Assembly (NCBI RefSeq): GCF_020745735.1
Contig: NC_083402.1
Coordinates: 8,446,004 to 8,510,003, forward strand
From: Hemiscyllium ocellatum
Taxonomy: Eukaryota
Direction of reading: 5' to 3'
DNA length: 64,000 nt
Positions 38,601-50,300 of the stretch are shown in pieces. A program made the translations under genes and the position numbers. How positions within the stretch are numbered: position 1 is the stretch's first letter; every line of letters begins with the position of its first letter. The notes beneath the pieces are model-generated. The model saw only the letters and a list, made by a program, of their open reading frames with translations, did not search any database and was not told the DNA's origin.

Positions 38601-41600
38601 TATCCACTTTTACAAAGCCAGAACCAACAATATCTCCTCACTTTATATATCAATCTGCTCAGGAGCTTCACAGTCAATCTTCTTGAATACTTTACTCCAG
38701 GGTAAGGTCAGATGTAAAATATTCACTTAACCCTCTACCATTGTCCTCCAGCTGCATGTACAGGTTGCCCCCTTGGTCCCTAATAGGCCTGACTCTCTCC
38801 CCAGTTATTCTCTTCCCCTTGATACACTTGTAGAATTCTGGGATTCTCCCTCATCTTTCCCGCCAGTGTTTTCACAGAATTCTCTTTGCTCTCCTATTGC
38901 TTTTTGAGACCCCCCTGAACTACCTGCACTCCCCTCGGGTCTGTGTTGTTTTACCCATTTCATACCTGTTGTACGGCTCTCTATTCCTTTTTATCCAGTT
39001 TTGAGTATTCCTTGGCATTTCTGGTTCTCTGGTCTTGTTATTCTTACATTTCACAATTTCTAAAACAATGTCTCGACCCTCTGGCCTCGCACTGGATTTT
39101 CTGTTTGACGTATGTTAGTTTTTGTTTGGATACTCTCCTTGACCATCTTTGTTCACCTCAGGTAGTTTCTCCGTCTCATCAACTTTTTCAGAATAAATTC
39201 ACACTCAGCTTTGGGAAATCGCAATTTTAATGTCTGTCATCGGTCACCTTACTTTCTACTTTCCCCATTCCCTGAACTGATTCCACATCATGAACTCTTG
39301 TACTTGTATCACTCCTCATCACCACACTGATACCCTCCTTTATTAACAATGTGACCCCAACTCCTTTCACTTTTTGACTGTTTTTCCAGACAGAGATAAA
39401 GAGCCCAAAGTTGAAATTTTTTAACTTTATTTGTTAAGCTGCTGTTAATTTCTACTACATCTTTAAAACGTAGAACACAGAACAATACAATGACATACAG
39501 GCCCTTCGGCCCTCAATGTTGCACCAACCTGAAGCCCATCTAACCTACACTATTCCATTATCATCCATATATTTACCAATAACCATTTAATAGCCCTTAA
39601 AGTTGGTTAGTCTATTACTGTTGCAGGTGGGGCATTCCATGCCCTTCCTACTCTCTGAGTAAAGAACCTACCTCTGACATCTGTCCTCTATCGATCAACT
39701 CTCAGTTTAAAGCTATGTCCCCACGTGCTAGCCACCACCATCCGAGGAAAAAGACTCTCACTGTCTACCTTATCTAATTCTTTGATCATCTTATATTCTC
39801 TATTAGTCACCTCTCAACCGTCTTCTCGCTAACGAAAACAGCCTCAAGTCCCTCAGCCTTTCCTCATAAGACCATACCAGGCAATATCTTCGTAAATTTC
39901 CTCTGAACCCTTTCCAAAGCTTCCACATCCTTCCTACAATGTACTGACGAGACCTGTATGTAATACTCCAAGTGTGGCCGCACCAGAGTTTTGTACAGCT
40001 GCAACATGACCTCTTGTTCTGAAACACAATCTCTCTCCCAATTAAAGCTAACACACTGTAAGCCTGCTTAAAAAACCTATCATCCTGGGTGGCAACTTTC
40101 AGCGATCAATGCACATGGGCATCGAGATCTCTCTGCTCATCCACATTACCAAGAATCTTACCATCAGCCCAGTACTCTGTATTCCTATTACTCCTTCCAA
40201 AGTGAATCACCTCACACTTTTCCACATCAAACTCCATTTGCCACATTTCAGCCCACCTCTGCAGCTTATCTATGTCCCTCTGTAACCTATAACATCCTTC
40301 AGCACTGTACACAACTCCTCTGACTTTAGTGCCATCTACTTACCCACCCTTCTACACCCTCATCCAAGTCATTTATAAAAATGACAAACAGTAGTGGCCC
40401 CAAAACAGATCCTTGGAGTACACCACTACTAATTGAACACCAGGATGAACATTTCCCATCAACCACCTCCCTCTTTCTTCTTTCAGCTAGCCAATTTCTG
40501 CTCCAAACTGCTAAATCACCCTCAAGCCCATGCCTCCGTATATTTTGCAATAGCCAACCATGGGGAACTATATAAAACGCTTGACTGAAATCCATATATA
40601 CCACATCAACCACTTTATCCTCATCCACCTGTTTGGTCACCATCTCAAATAACTCAATAAGGTTTTGAGGCATGACCTACACTTCACAAAAACAGTGTTG
40701 CCTATTCCTAATCAATTTATTTCTTTGTGGATGATTATAAATCCTATCTCTTATAATCCTTTCCAACATTCACTCACACCCAAAGTCAGGCTCACTGGTC
40801 TATAATAACCAGGTTATCTCTATTCCCCTCTTGAACAAGGGGACAACTGTTGCTATCCTCCAGTCTTCCGGCACTATTCCTGTAGACAATGATGACATAA
40901 AGATCAAAACCAAAAGCTCTGCAATCTCCTTCCTGACTTCCCAGAGAGTCCTTGGATAAATCTATCTATTTATCTATTTCCACACTTTCTCGCATTGCTA
41001 ACACCTTCTCCTAATGATTTCCCAGTTTGGATCAGACATTGGCTCACTGGAAGAAGACAGAGGATAGTGGTTGATGGGAAATTTTCATCCTAGAGTTCAG
41101 TTACTAGTGGATGTACCGCAATGATCAGTTTTGGGGCCACTGCTGTTTGTCATTTTTATCAATGACCTGGATGAGGGCATAGAAGGATGGGCTAGTAAAT
41201 TTGCAGATGACACTAATGTCAGTGGAGCTGTGGACAGTGCAGAAGAGTGTTGCAGATTACAGAGGGACAAAGATAAGCTGCAGAACTGGGCTGAGAGGTG
41301 GTAAATGGAGTTTAATGTGGAAACGTCTTGTCTAATAGTCTGCACCTCAGTATTCTCCTCGACAACAATGTCTTTTTCCTGTGTGAATACTTTGATTAGA
41401 TTAGATTCCCTACAGTATGGAAACAGGCCATTTGGCCCAACATGTCCACAGCAACACTCCGAAGAGTAGCCCACCCATACACATTTCCCAACCCTATATT
41501 TACCGATGACCAATGCACCGAACACAATGGGCAATTTAGCATGACCAATTCACCTGACCTCTCCATTCTAAGAATATGAGAGGAAACTGGAGCACCCAGA

Positions 41601-43275
41601 GACAACCCACACAGACACGGGGAGAATGTGTAAACTCCACACAGGCAGTCGCCTGAGGTGGGAATCGAACCCAGGTCCCTGGCGCTGTGAGGCAGCAGTG
41701 CTAACCACTGAGCCACTGTGACACCCAGACGAAGCATATTAATTTAACGCCGCTCCTATCTCTTCAGATTCCACACACAACTTCCCACTACTGTCGTTGA
41801 CTTGCCCTAATCTTTCTGTTGTCATCTTTTTATTCCAGATACACTGAAAGGAAGCTTTAGGGGTTCCTTGATCCTACCTGCCAAAGAGTTCTCATGCCCC
41901 CTCCTGACTCTTCTTAGCTCTCTCTTTTGGTCCTTCCTGCCAACATCAAGTAACAATCAAGTGCCCTATCTGAGTCTCCCATCACATCTTTCCATCAGTC
42001 TCCTTCTTCCTCTTGACAGGAGCTTCAACTTCTTTCATAAATCATGGTTCCTTCACTGAACCACGTCCTCCCTGCCTGACAGGGACATACTTATCAAGGA
42101 CACGCAGGAGCTGTTCCTTGAACAGGCTCCACATTTCAATTGTGACCATCCCCTGCAGTTTCGTTCCCCATCTTATGCTTCATAAATCTTGCCTCATTGC
42201 ATCATAACTGCCTTTACCCCAGCTATAACTCTTGCCCTGCAGCATATACCTGCACCTTTCCATCACTAAAGTAAACTTAACTGAATTGTGGTCACTGTCA
42301 CCTAATCTAACAGCTGGCCCAGTTTATTGCCCAGTACCAAATTCAATGTTTCTCTGTACATCTCCTACTCTTTCCCATCACACTTTGATTATCATTCACC
42401 CCTTCAATACCCTGCATTATCTGCTCTCTCTTTTTTTTTGATTGGTTGACAGGAAAACTAATAAAACATGGATAATTATGAGTGCTCAGATAGGATAGGG
42501 AAGAAGGTCCTTTCTTCATTCATACTGTGGTCAGTAAACAGGAAAGATAGATTTAAGGTCAGAGATAGAGGGTGAGAGGAGACTTAACAGATTCTTCCTC
42601 ATGTAGAGGTTAATAAGAGTCTGGAACTCACTGCCTGAAAGGGCGGTTGAGTTATAAACTCTGGTAACATTTGTACTTCAATGTTCATTTGCATTTCTAT
42701 TTGCCTCTTCAGTAGCCTGCACCTCTGCTCTGTCATTTCTATTTTTCCGAATCCCTGCAGTGTGAAAACAGGAGATTTGACCCAACAAATCCACATTGAC
42801 CCTCTGAACAACATCCCTTTTTGATTTTCAAAATTCCCTCCAACTGAATCCCACCTCCCAACGTGATCTCCACCCCACTAATTACATTAAAGCCCTCAAT
42901 AAGTTGGTTAAGAAGGCTTTTAGATGGAGAGCTGCAAAATGGGAGAAGTAGAGTGAGATCATCGTTGACTGATACAGACATGATCACCCAAAATGGCCTC
43001 CTTCTGCACTGTAAATGTCTAAGGTTGATGAGTCTACAAGGAAAACATGAAGGAATAAATCATCACGCTCGGAATAGTCAATTGTCACTGCTTTCATTTT
43101 TGATAAAACAAATGATTTCTCCCTGATGAAGAAACCGCAGTGAAGGAAAAGGCACATCGTGCTGAGCAGTAACAGTTTGGGAACTAAATACCAGACAGCA
43201 AACAGACCATCAAGGAGGAGGCAATTCCATGATGAACAAAGTGGATTTGAAAGGTCAGTATTAGAAAGTACTTAC

Positions 43276-43336
43276 TGTGACCCCGTACTGAGACTGACAG
43301 CAGGACTGCAGAAAGACAAACAGAGAGAGACCTCAT
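43276..43336 (-). CDS. Signal-peptide exon, probable exon 1 of the Siglec-15-like gene
   Basis: ATG at 43336; MRSLSVCLSAVLLSVSVRGH; GTAAGT donor; phase 1 matches the V exon. The linkage between them is inferred. Confidence 0.65.
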
Positions 43337-43844
43337 CGTTAATATTTCACCATTTCATCCTTCTCACTCACTTACTCTTGTCCTTTTACAGAAGTTACTT
43401 GACTTCCTGCCAAATAAATGTGAGGCAATCATACACGATACGAACAACAAACGGGAAGTCCATGTACGGTCAGTAGGAGCTGAGAGAATGACAAAGCTAT
43501 TCTAAAACAGAGGCACCAACCACAGCAACCGTTCAGAAAAAGCTTCCAACACAATTCTCAAAATCATCAACTTCAGCATCAAACACTCCGTGAGCTGGGG
43601 CAGGACAGTGTTAAAGACAGAGTAAAGCTCTTTCAGCACTGTCTCCATCAAACACTCCCAGGACAGCCACAGCTCAGGGTTGGATCCAGAGTAAAACTCC
43701 TTCTACTTTTTAAAATTGAAATTAACCAGAAGGAAAGCACCTTTACATTGTCCCCCCGAATGGGTACAAAGACTCAGGAGGCAGACAGGATCCAGGCACG
43801 TGGCCAATGTTTATTCAAGTAAAAACCAGTTCGTGCAGGGAGAT

Positions 43845-44345
43845 GACCAAAGGGCCCTTTCTCATACACCCGCTCTCTCTCAGACACACACACACACATA
43901 CACTCCCCACACTCACAACCAAGCACAAATCCTCTCACAGGCTTATACACTGTCACACTCACACAGACTACCAAGTACGCACACATGCAAACACACACTC
44001 TCAAGCACTCACATTCACACCCACACATACACACTCAAGTGCAAACACTCACACTCTCTCGTTCTCTCTCTCTCTGTCCCTCACATGCTCACACACATTT
44101 ATATTGGGTGAATGTGAATTTGCAAAAGTGCAGGAACATTCCATTTTGTCAAAAAGTCCACAACTGCAGGCAGTCAATGCAGGCAGCTAATCCATGTAAC
44201 ATTTTATAAATTCCTACTTTGGAAATAGAACCAGTCTGACTCAAGATTGGAATACAGACAGACTCTAACCTCGCACCTTTAATGCATTAACTGAACTAAG
44301 ATGTCACCTTTTACTCTAAAAGTGTAAGTTATCTCAAGAATGTGA
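43845..44345 (+). mobile_element. PLE family-B 3' region, 5' half (mirror ~7135-7640)
   Basis: (CA)-rich tract, then ATTTTATAAATTCCTACTTTGGAAATAGAACCAGTC...GTTATCTCAAGAATGTGA; appears to resume at 48463 after the CR1. Confidence 0.55.
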
Positions 44346-44429
44346 TTTTTTTTAACAGTACAGCACAGAACAGGCCCTTCAGCCCACGATGTTGTGCCAA
44401 CCATTGATCCTCATGTAACGTAAACCTAA

Positions 44430-47243
44430 TGTACGAACCCCAAAATGTCTGTGACCATATGCATGTCCAGTAGTCTCTTAAATATCCCCAATGACCTCGC
44501 TTCCACACCTGCTGCTGGCAACACATTCCATGCTCTCACAATTCTCTGCATAAAGAACCCACCTCTGACATCCCCTCTATACTTTCCGCCAAACAACTTA
44601 AAACTATGACCCCTCGCGTTAACAATTTCTGCTCTGGGAAAACGTCTCTGGCTATCAACTCTATCTATGCCTCTCATTATCTTGTACATCTCAATTAGGT
44701 TCCCCTCTCTTCCTTCTTTTTTCCAATGAAAAAGGTCCGAGCTCAGTCAACCTCTCCCCATAAGATAAGCCCTCCAGTCCAGCAGCACCCTGGTAAACCT
44801 CCTCTGAACCCTCTCCAAAGCATCCACATCTTTCCTATAATAGGGCAATCAGAACTAGACACATTATTCCAAGTGCAGTCTAACCAAAGTTTTATAGAGC
44901 TGCAACAAGATCTCATGGCTCTTAAACTCAATCCCCCTGTTAATGAAAGCCAAAACACCATATGCTTTCTTAACAACCCTGTCCACTTTGGGTGGCAATT
45001 TTAAGGGATCTATGTACCTGCACACCAAGATCCTGCTGTTCCTCCACACTGCCACGAATCCTGTCTTGAATCCTGTACTCAACTTTCAAGTATGACCATC
45101 CAAAATGCATCACTTCACATTTATCCAGGTTGAACTCCATCTGCCACCTCTCAGCCCATCTGTGCATCCTGTCAATGTCACGCTGCACCTACAACAGTCC
45201 TCTATACTGTCAACGACATCTCCAACCTTTGTGTCATCTGCATACTTGCTAACGCATCCTTCAATCTCCTCATCCAAGTCATTAATAAAAATTACAAAGA
45301 GTAGAGGCCCAAGAAAAGAACCCTGTGGAACACCGCTCACCTCCAGGCAGAATACTTGCCTTCCACTACCACTCGCTGTCTTCTGTCGACGAGCCAATTC
45401 TGTATCCAGACAGCTAAATTTCCCTGTATCCCATTCCTCCTGACCTTCTGAACGAGCCTATCCTGGGGAACCTTATCAAATGCCTTACTGAAGTCCACAT
45501 ACACCGCATCCACCGCTCGACCCTCATCAACTTGTCTCGTATCATCCTCAAAGAACTCAATAAGATTTGTGAGGCATGACCTTCCCCTCACAAAGCCGTG
45601 CTGACTGCATTTGGTCATGCCATGACCTTCCGGACGGTCATAAATCCTATCTCTCAGAATCCTTTCTAACATCTTGCAGATGGCACACATGAGACTGACT
45701 GGTCTGTAATTGCCAGGGATTTCCCTATTTCCTTTCTTGAAGAAAGGAATTTACATTTGCCTCTCTCCAGTCCTCAGGTATGACTCTGGTGGAAAGCAAG
45801 GATGCAAAGATCTTCGCAAGTGGTGAAGCAATCACATTTCTCGCTTCCCAAATCAGCCAAGGACAAATCTGGTCTGGCCCTGGTGACTTGTCAATCTTAA
45901 TGTTTGTCAAAATTTTCAGCACATCAGCTTCCTCAATCTCTATCCATTCCAGCATGCTTACCCGCTCCTCAATGGTTTCATTCACTATAAGGTCCTTTTC
46001 TTTCGTAAATACAGAAACATAAAACTCATTCAGGGCCCTCCCTATCTCCTCAGACTCTATACACAAGTTCCCTATGCTATCTCTGATCGGCCCTACTCTT
46101 TCTTTGATCATTCTCTTATTCCTCACATACATGTAAAATGCCTTTGGATTCTCCCTAATCCTTCCTGCCAAGCCTTTCTCGTGCCCCCTCCTGGCTCTCC
46201 TCAGACCACTTTTGAGCTCTTTCTTCACCTGCCTGAAATCCTCTAGAGCTGAACAAGACCCTAGCTTCTTCCACCTTACGTAAGCTGCCTTCTTTCTTTT
46301 GACGAGAAGTTCCTCTGCTCTCATCATCCAATGTTCCTTTATCTTACCCCTTCTTGCCTGTCTCAGAGGAACACAGTTATGCATCACTCGCAACAACTGT
46401 TCCTTAAACATTCTCCACATGTCTGTAGTGCCCTTCCCATGGAACAATTGCTCCCAGTCCATGCTTCCCAACTCACATCTGATAGCATCATAGTTTCCTT
46501 TTCCCCAATTAAATATCCTCCCATTGTACCTGCTTCTCTCGTTCTCCATAGCTATGTAGAATGTGAGGCAGTTGTAGTCATTATCACCAAAATGCTCTCC
46601 CACCGCAAGATCTGACACCTGCCCCGACTCATTGCACCAAATCCAAAATGGCTTCTCCCCTCATTGGCCTGTCAACGTACTGAGTTAGGAAACCCTCCTG
46701 AACACACCTTACAAAAACAGCTCCTTCCAAACCATCTGCTCGAAGGAGGTTTGAATCAATATTGGGAAAGTTAAAGTCACACATTACAACAATCCTATGA
46801 CATTCATACTTTTCCAAAATCTGCTGACCTATGCTTTCTTCAATCTCCCTGCTGCTATTGGAGGGCCTGTAGTAAACCCCTAATGAGATGACTGCTCCCT
46901 TACTGTTCCTAATTTCCACCCATACTGACTCAGTAGGCAGACCATCCTCGACAATGGTAGCTTCTGTAGCTGTGATACCCTTTCTGACTAACATTGCTAC
47001 ACCCCCTCCTCTTTTTCCCCCCTCCCTATTCTTTTTAAATGTTCTAAACCCTGGAACGTCCAGCAACCATTCCTGCCCCTGAGAAACCCACATCTCTGTA
47101 ATGGCCACAACATCATAGCACCAGGTACTGGTCCATGCTCTAAGCTCATCACTTTTATTCCTGATACTCCTTGCATTAAAGCAAACATACTTGAACCAAT
47201 CCTTTGGTTCTTTCCCAGGAAATTCCTTCCCACTGGCTCGCAA
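44430..47243 (-). pseudogene. CR1 ORF2 (APE endonuclease + reverse transcriptase), frameshifted
   Basis: FNARSIRNK...DVVAITE...GVYYRP...DFNFP...ILDLV; DFSKAFDKVP; [11 protein letters not shown]; YADDTK. Confidence 0.9.
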
Positions 47244-47316
47244 CCTCTTGCTATTGCCTCATCTTCATCAACTCTCACCACCGGTATAAAGCTCAGGTTC
47301 CCACCCCCCTGCCATA

Positions 47317-48243
47317 CTAGTTTAAACCCTCCTGAACCACTCGAGCAAACCTCCCACCCAGGACATTGGTCCCCTTCCAGTTCAGGTGCAACCCGTCCTT
47401 CATGTGCAGGTCCCACCTTCCCCAGAAGACATCCCAATTATCTACATATCTGAAGCGCTCCCTCCTACTCCAGCTGTGCAGCCACATGTTAAGCTGCGCC
47501 CTCTCCCTGTTCCTCGCCTCTCGTGTCACCAGTAGTAAACCTGAGAACACTACTCTGTTCGTCCTGCTCTGCAGCATCCACCCTAACTCCCTGAAATCAC
47601 TTTTTATATCCTCAATCCTTTTCCTGGCTATATCATTGGTGCCAATATGCAACACAATTTCTGGTTGTTCGCCCTCCCCTTTCAGAATCATATACACCCA
47701 ATCGGAGACATCCCGGACCCTGGCACCAGGAGGCAACATACCTTCCGGGAATCCCCATCCTGACCACACAATCTCCTGTCAATTCTCCTAACATTCGAGT
47801 CCCCTACCACTTGTGCTTTTCTATTCTGCCCCCCTTCCCTTCTGGGCTCAGTGCCAGAGAACTGACCACGATGGCTTTCCTCTGGTCGGTCATTCCCCCC
47901 CGCCAGCAGTATCCAAAACGATATACTTATTGCTGAGGGGAATGTCCACAGGGGATCTCTGCACTGTCTGTCTGTTCCCTTTCCTCCCCCTGACTGTAAC
48001 CCATCTATCCTTATCCTGAGCCTCAGGAGTGACCAACTGCCGGTAACTCCTCTCAATTACCCCCTCAGCCTCCCGAATGATCCACAGTTCATCCAGCTCC
48101 AGCTCCAATTCCCTAACACAGTTTTCACGGAGCTGGAGTTGGGTGCACTTCCCGCAGATGTAGCCAGCGGAGACGTGTGTCATGTCTCTCACCTGCCACA
48201 TTCTGCAGGAGGAGCAAGCCGCCTTGCTAATATATATGGTCAC
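47317..48243 (-). pseudogene. CR1 ORF1 (Cys motif + SGNH/GDSL-like esterase), frameshifted
   Basis: CSSCRMW...CGKC; VVGDS; LHIGTND; DGLHLN. Confidence 0.85.
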
Positions 48244-48462
48244 TTACTTTCCTTCCCAGCAGCCCCTCTGGTCCGTGTCACTTCCCCCACTGCTCCCACT
48301 CCTACCGTGGAGGAAAAACACCACCGGTCACTCCCGGTAAGTAATGTTAAACATCTCCTTTACCTTAGCTGTAGCCTTCCTGGTTCACCTTACCTCCGCT
48401 GCTGCTCCCACTCTAAAAGGTCGCTGGCGTCGAAGGGTAAGTACTTATAGTCACTCCTTTCC

Positions 48463-48687
48463 TTTGAGAGGAGTTCTGGGATTTACATAATAATGAACCT
48501 AAAACTGTAACACCAATCTAGGTTTGATCAATCTATTGTTTCAGTTGCATGATCTTTTGCTATAAATTCTGTGCCTGATGATCCTGCTCCACAGCGACCT
48601 GATGAAGGAGCAGCGCTCCGGAAGCTCCTACTTCCAAATAAACCTGTTGGACTCGAACCTGGTGCTGTGTGATTTTTAACTTTGTCC
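48463..48687 (+). mobile_element. PLE family-B 3' end with hammerhead-core-like motif
   Basis: CTGATGA-A-GGAGC-AGC-GCTCC-GGAAG at 48599-48624; tail CTGGTGCTGTGTGATTTTTAACTTTGTCC. Confidence 0.7.
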
Positions 48688-50130
48688 CATGTAAGACACT
48701 TCCAGTTTGCCGAGCTGTGCTTTCTTTGGTTTTATTTTTAATCCAGAAGCTACAATGGTTTTTAACGTTTTCAGTCCTGTCTTGTAGTGTTTTCCCTCAG
48801 CAGTAGAAGCAACCAGCATATCGTCAACCTATTGTCATCTTACACACTCTGTTTTGGGAACTTTTGCTATTACATCTGCCATTGCCTGGTGGAATATAGC
48901 AGAGCTAATGAGGAGCCCTTGTGGTACTCTTGTCCAGGTGTACTGTCAGTCACCTGTGGTAAAGGCAAATATATATTGGTGTTTGGGGTCTATAGGCAGA
49001 GTCCAGAACCCGTTTGCTATGTCTAGGATGATAAAGGTCTTGGTTTCTGACCCGATATTGTTTATTATAGTGTTGGGATCTGCAACACCAGGCTCCAGTT
49101 TATCTACATATTTCTTTAGACTGCTATAGTCAGTCGTTATTCTGTATGATCCTTCGGGTTTCTTCACTGGCCCATTTTCGGAGTTTGTGGTGGAACAAGT
49201 TTCTTTTATTATTCCCTGTTTCTCCAAACCGTTCGCAATCTCTTTAATTGCCTCAACAGCTTCAGGTCTGATGGGGTACTGTCTTTCATGTGGGTGTACA
49301 TTCCCAGGAATTTCAGTCGGTGTTATGTCCAATCTCCCTCACTGGGTTTTGGGGGTTGGTCATAATTTGGGACACATCATCGCCAATTTGTGGTCGGGGT
49401 TCTCGGAATCCCATTCCCACTCTATTGTGACAGCACGGATACTCTTAAGGAGGCAGGCAATCCTTGTCTTTCCACATTTAAACTGGTGAGCCCATTTTGG
49501 CCTCTCGCACATCAATTATGGCTCCAAATTATTCCAATAAATCCATCCCCAGGACACCACCTTCAGTATTTTTACACACATAAATAGGAGAATTAATTAC
49601 ACAATCAGCTATTTTTATTTGAAGCAGTTGGCTGAGAGTGGCTGGTTGAATCCCACTACTCCCTCCCTGTACTTTTAAATTTTTATTTGATAATGGTAAA
49701 TCCAAATCTGTAATACAGATAGAGGCTCCAGTGCCTATGAACATACTGAACGGCCGGCCCCCTAACAGCGTGCTTATATACACCTGGTTATCCCCTTCTA
49801 CTTGTCCGAGCACCACAAGCCATCACCTGTTCACGATTAGTTTCGGCAGGTCTCTTGCTGTAAATTGTATGACAGTCCTCTCACTGCTGTTGCCATTGGC
49901 AACCGGCTGGGTGTTTCCGTGATTCTGCCTTGGTCCCTGTCCGTGCCTGCCTCCCCTGGGGAACCAGCAGTTCTCTCTGTTGTGTCCTCGTTCTCCACTA
50001 CTCTCACATTTCTTATTGTGGCAGTTCTTGGTGAAGTTATTGCACACAAATCACTCTCGTTCCTTCAGCTGCTTCGGGCAGGCCCCCTGTCTGTGTGTAT
50101 TCCCTGTCACTACTTCTCGTTTTTATTCAT
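48687..50130 (-). mobile_element. Retrovirus-like gag-pro-RT fragment (class III/foamy/SnRV-like), decayed
   Basis: Degenerate knuckle CESSGERGHNRENC; protease FIGTGAS (D>G); RT QYPI...LDIANGFW...YTWTRVPQG...*VDD...KAQLGKLEVSYMG. Confidence 0.75.
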
Positions 50131-50204
50131 GCAGGGAATGAGAGCATCACTGACAGGGCCAGCATTGATTGTCCATCCCTAATTGCCCAGAGGGCAGTTA
50201 AGAT

Positions 50205-50300
50205 TCTGGATTAGTGGTGCTGGAAGAACACAGCAGTTCAGGCAGCATCCGAGGAGCGGTAAAATCAACATTTTGGACAAAAGCCCTTCATCAGGAATAC
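50205..50300 (-). mobile_element. PLE family-A single-arm fragment
   Basis: GTGCTGGAAGAACACAGCAGTTCAGGCAGCATCC...AAAAGCCCTTCATCAGGAAT. Confidence 0.6.

Larger units (their letters stand above)
6178..45311. repeat. Giant inverted duplication, arms 6178-25710 and 25711-45311, no spacer
   Basis: Centre CCTTGA|TCAAGG. 6178 TGGGCCTCTACTC mirrors GAGTAGAGGCCCA ending at 45311. Every repeat and exon I checked has a mirror copy, and many ORFs appear twice on opposite strands. Confidence 0.97.
44350..48462 (-). mobile_element. Near full-length decayed CR1 LINE (~4.1 kb)
   Basis: ORF1 has a Cys motif and an SGNH esterase; ORF2 has an APE endonuclease and RT; 3' tail present; several frameshifts. Confidence 0.93.

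Noticed and set aside
43159-43476. 105-aa plus-strand ORF as a gene
   Set aside because: No recognisable domain; it is the antisense of the leader exon region.
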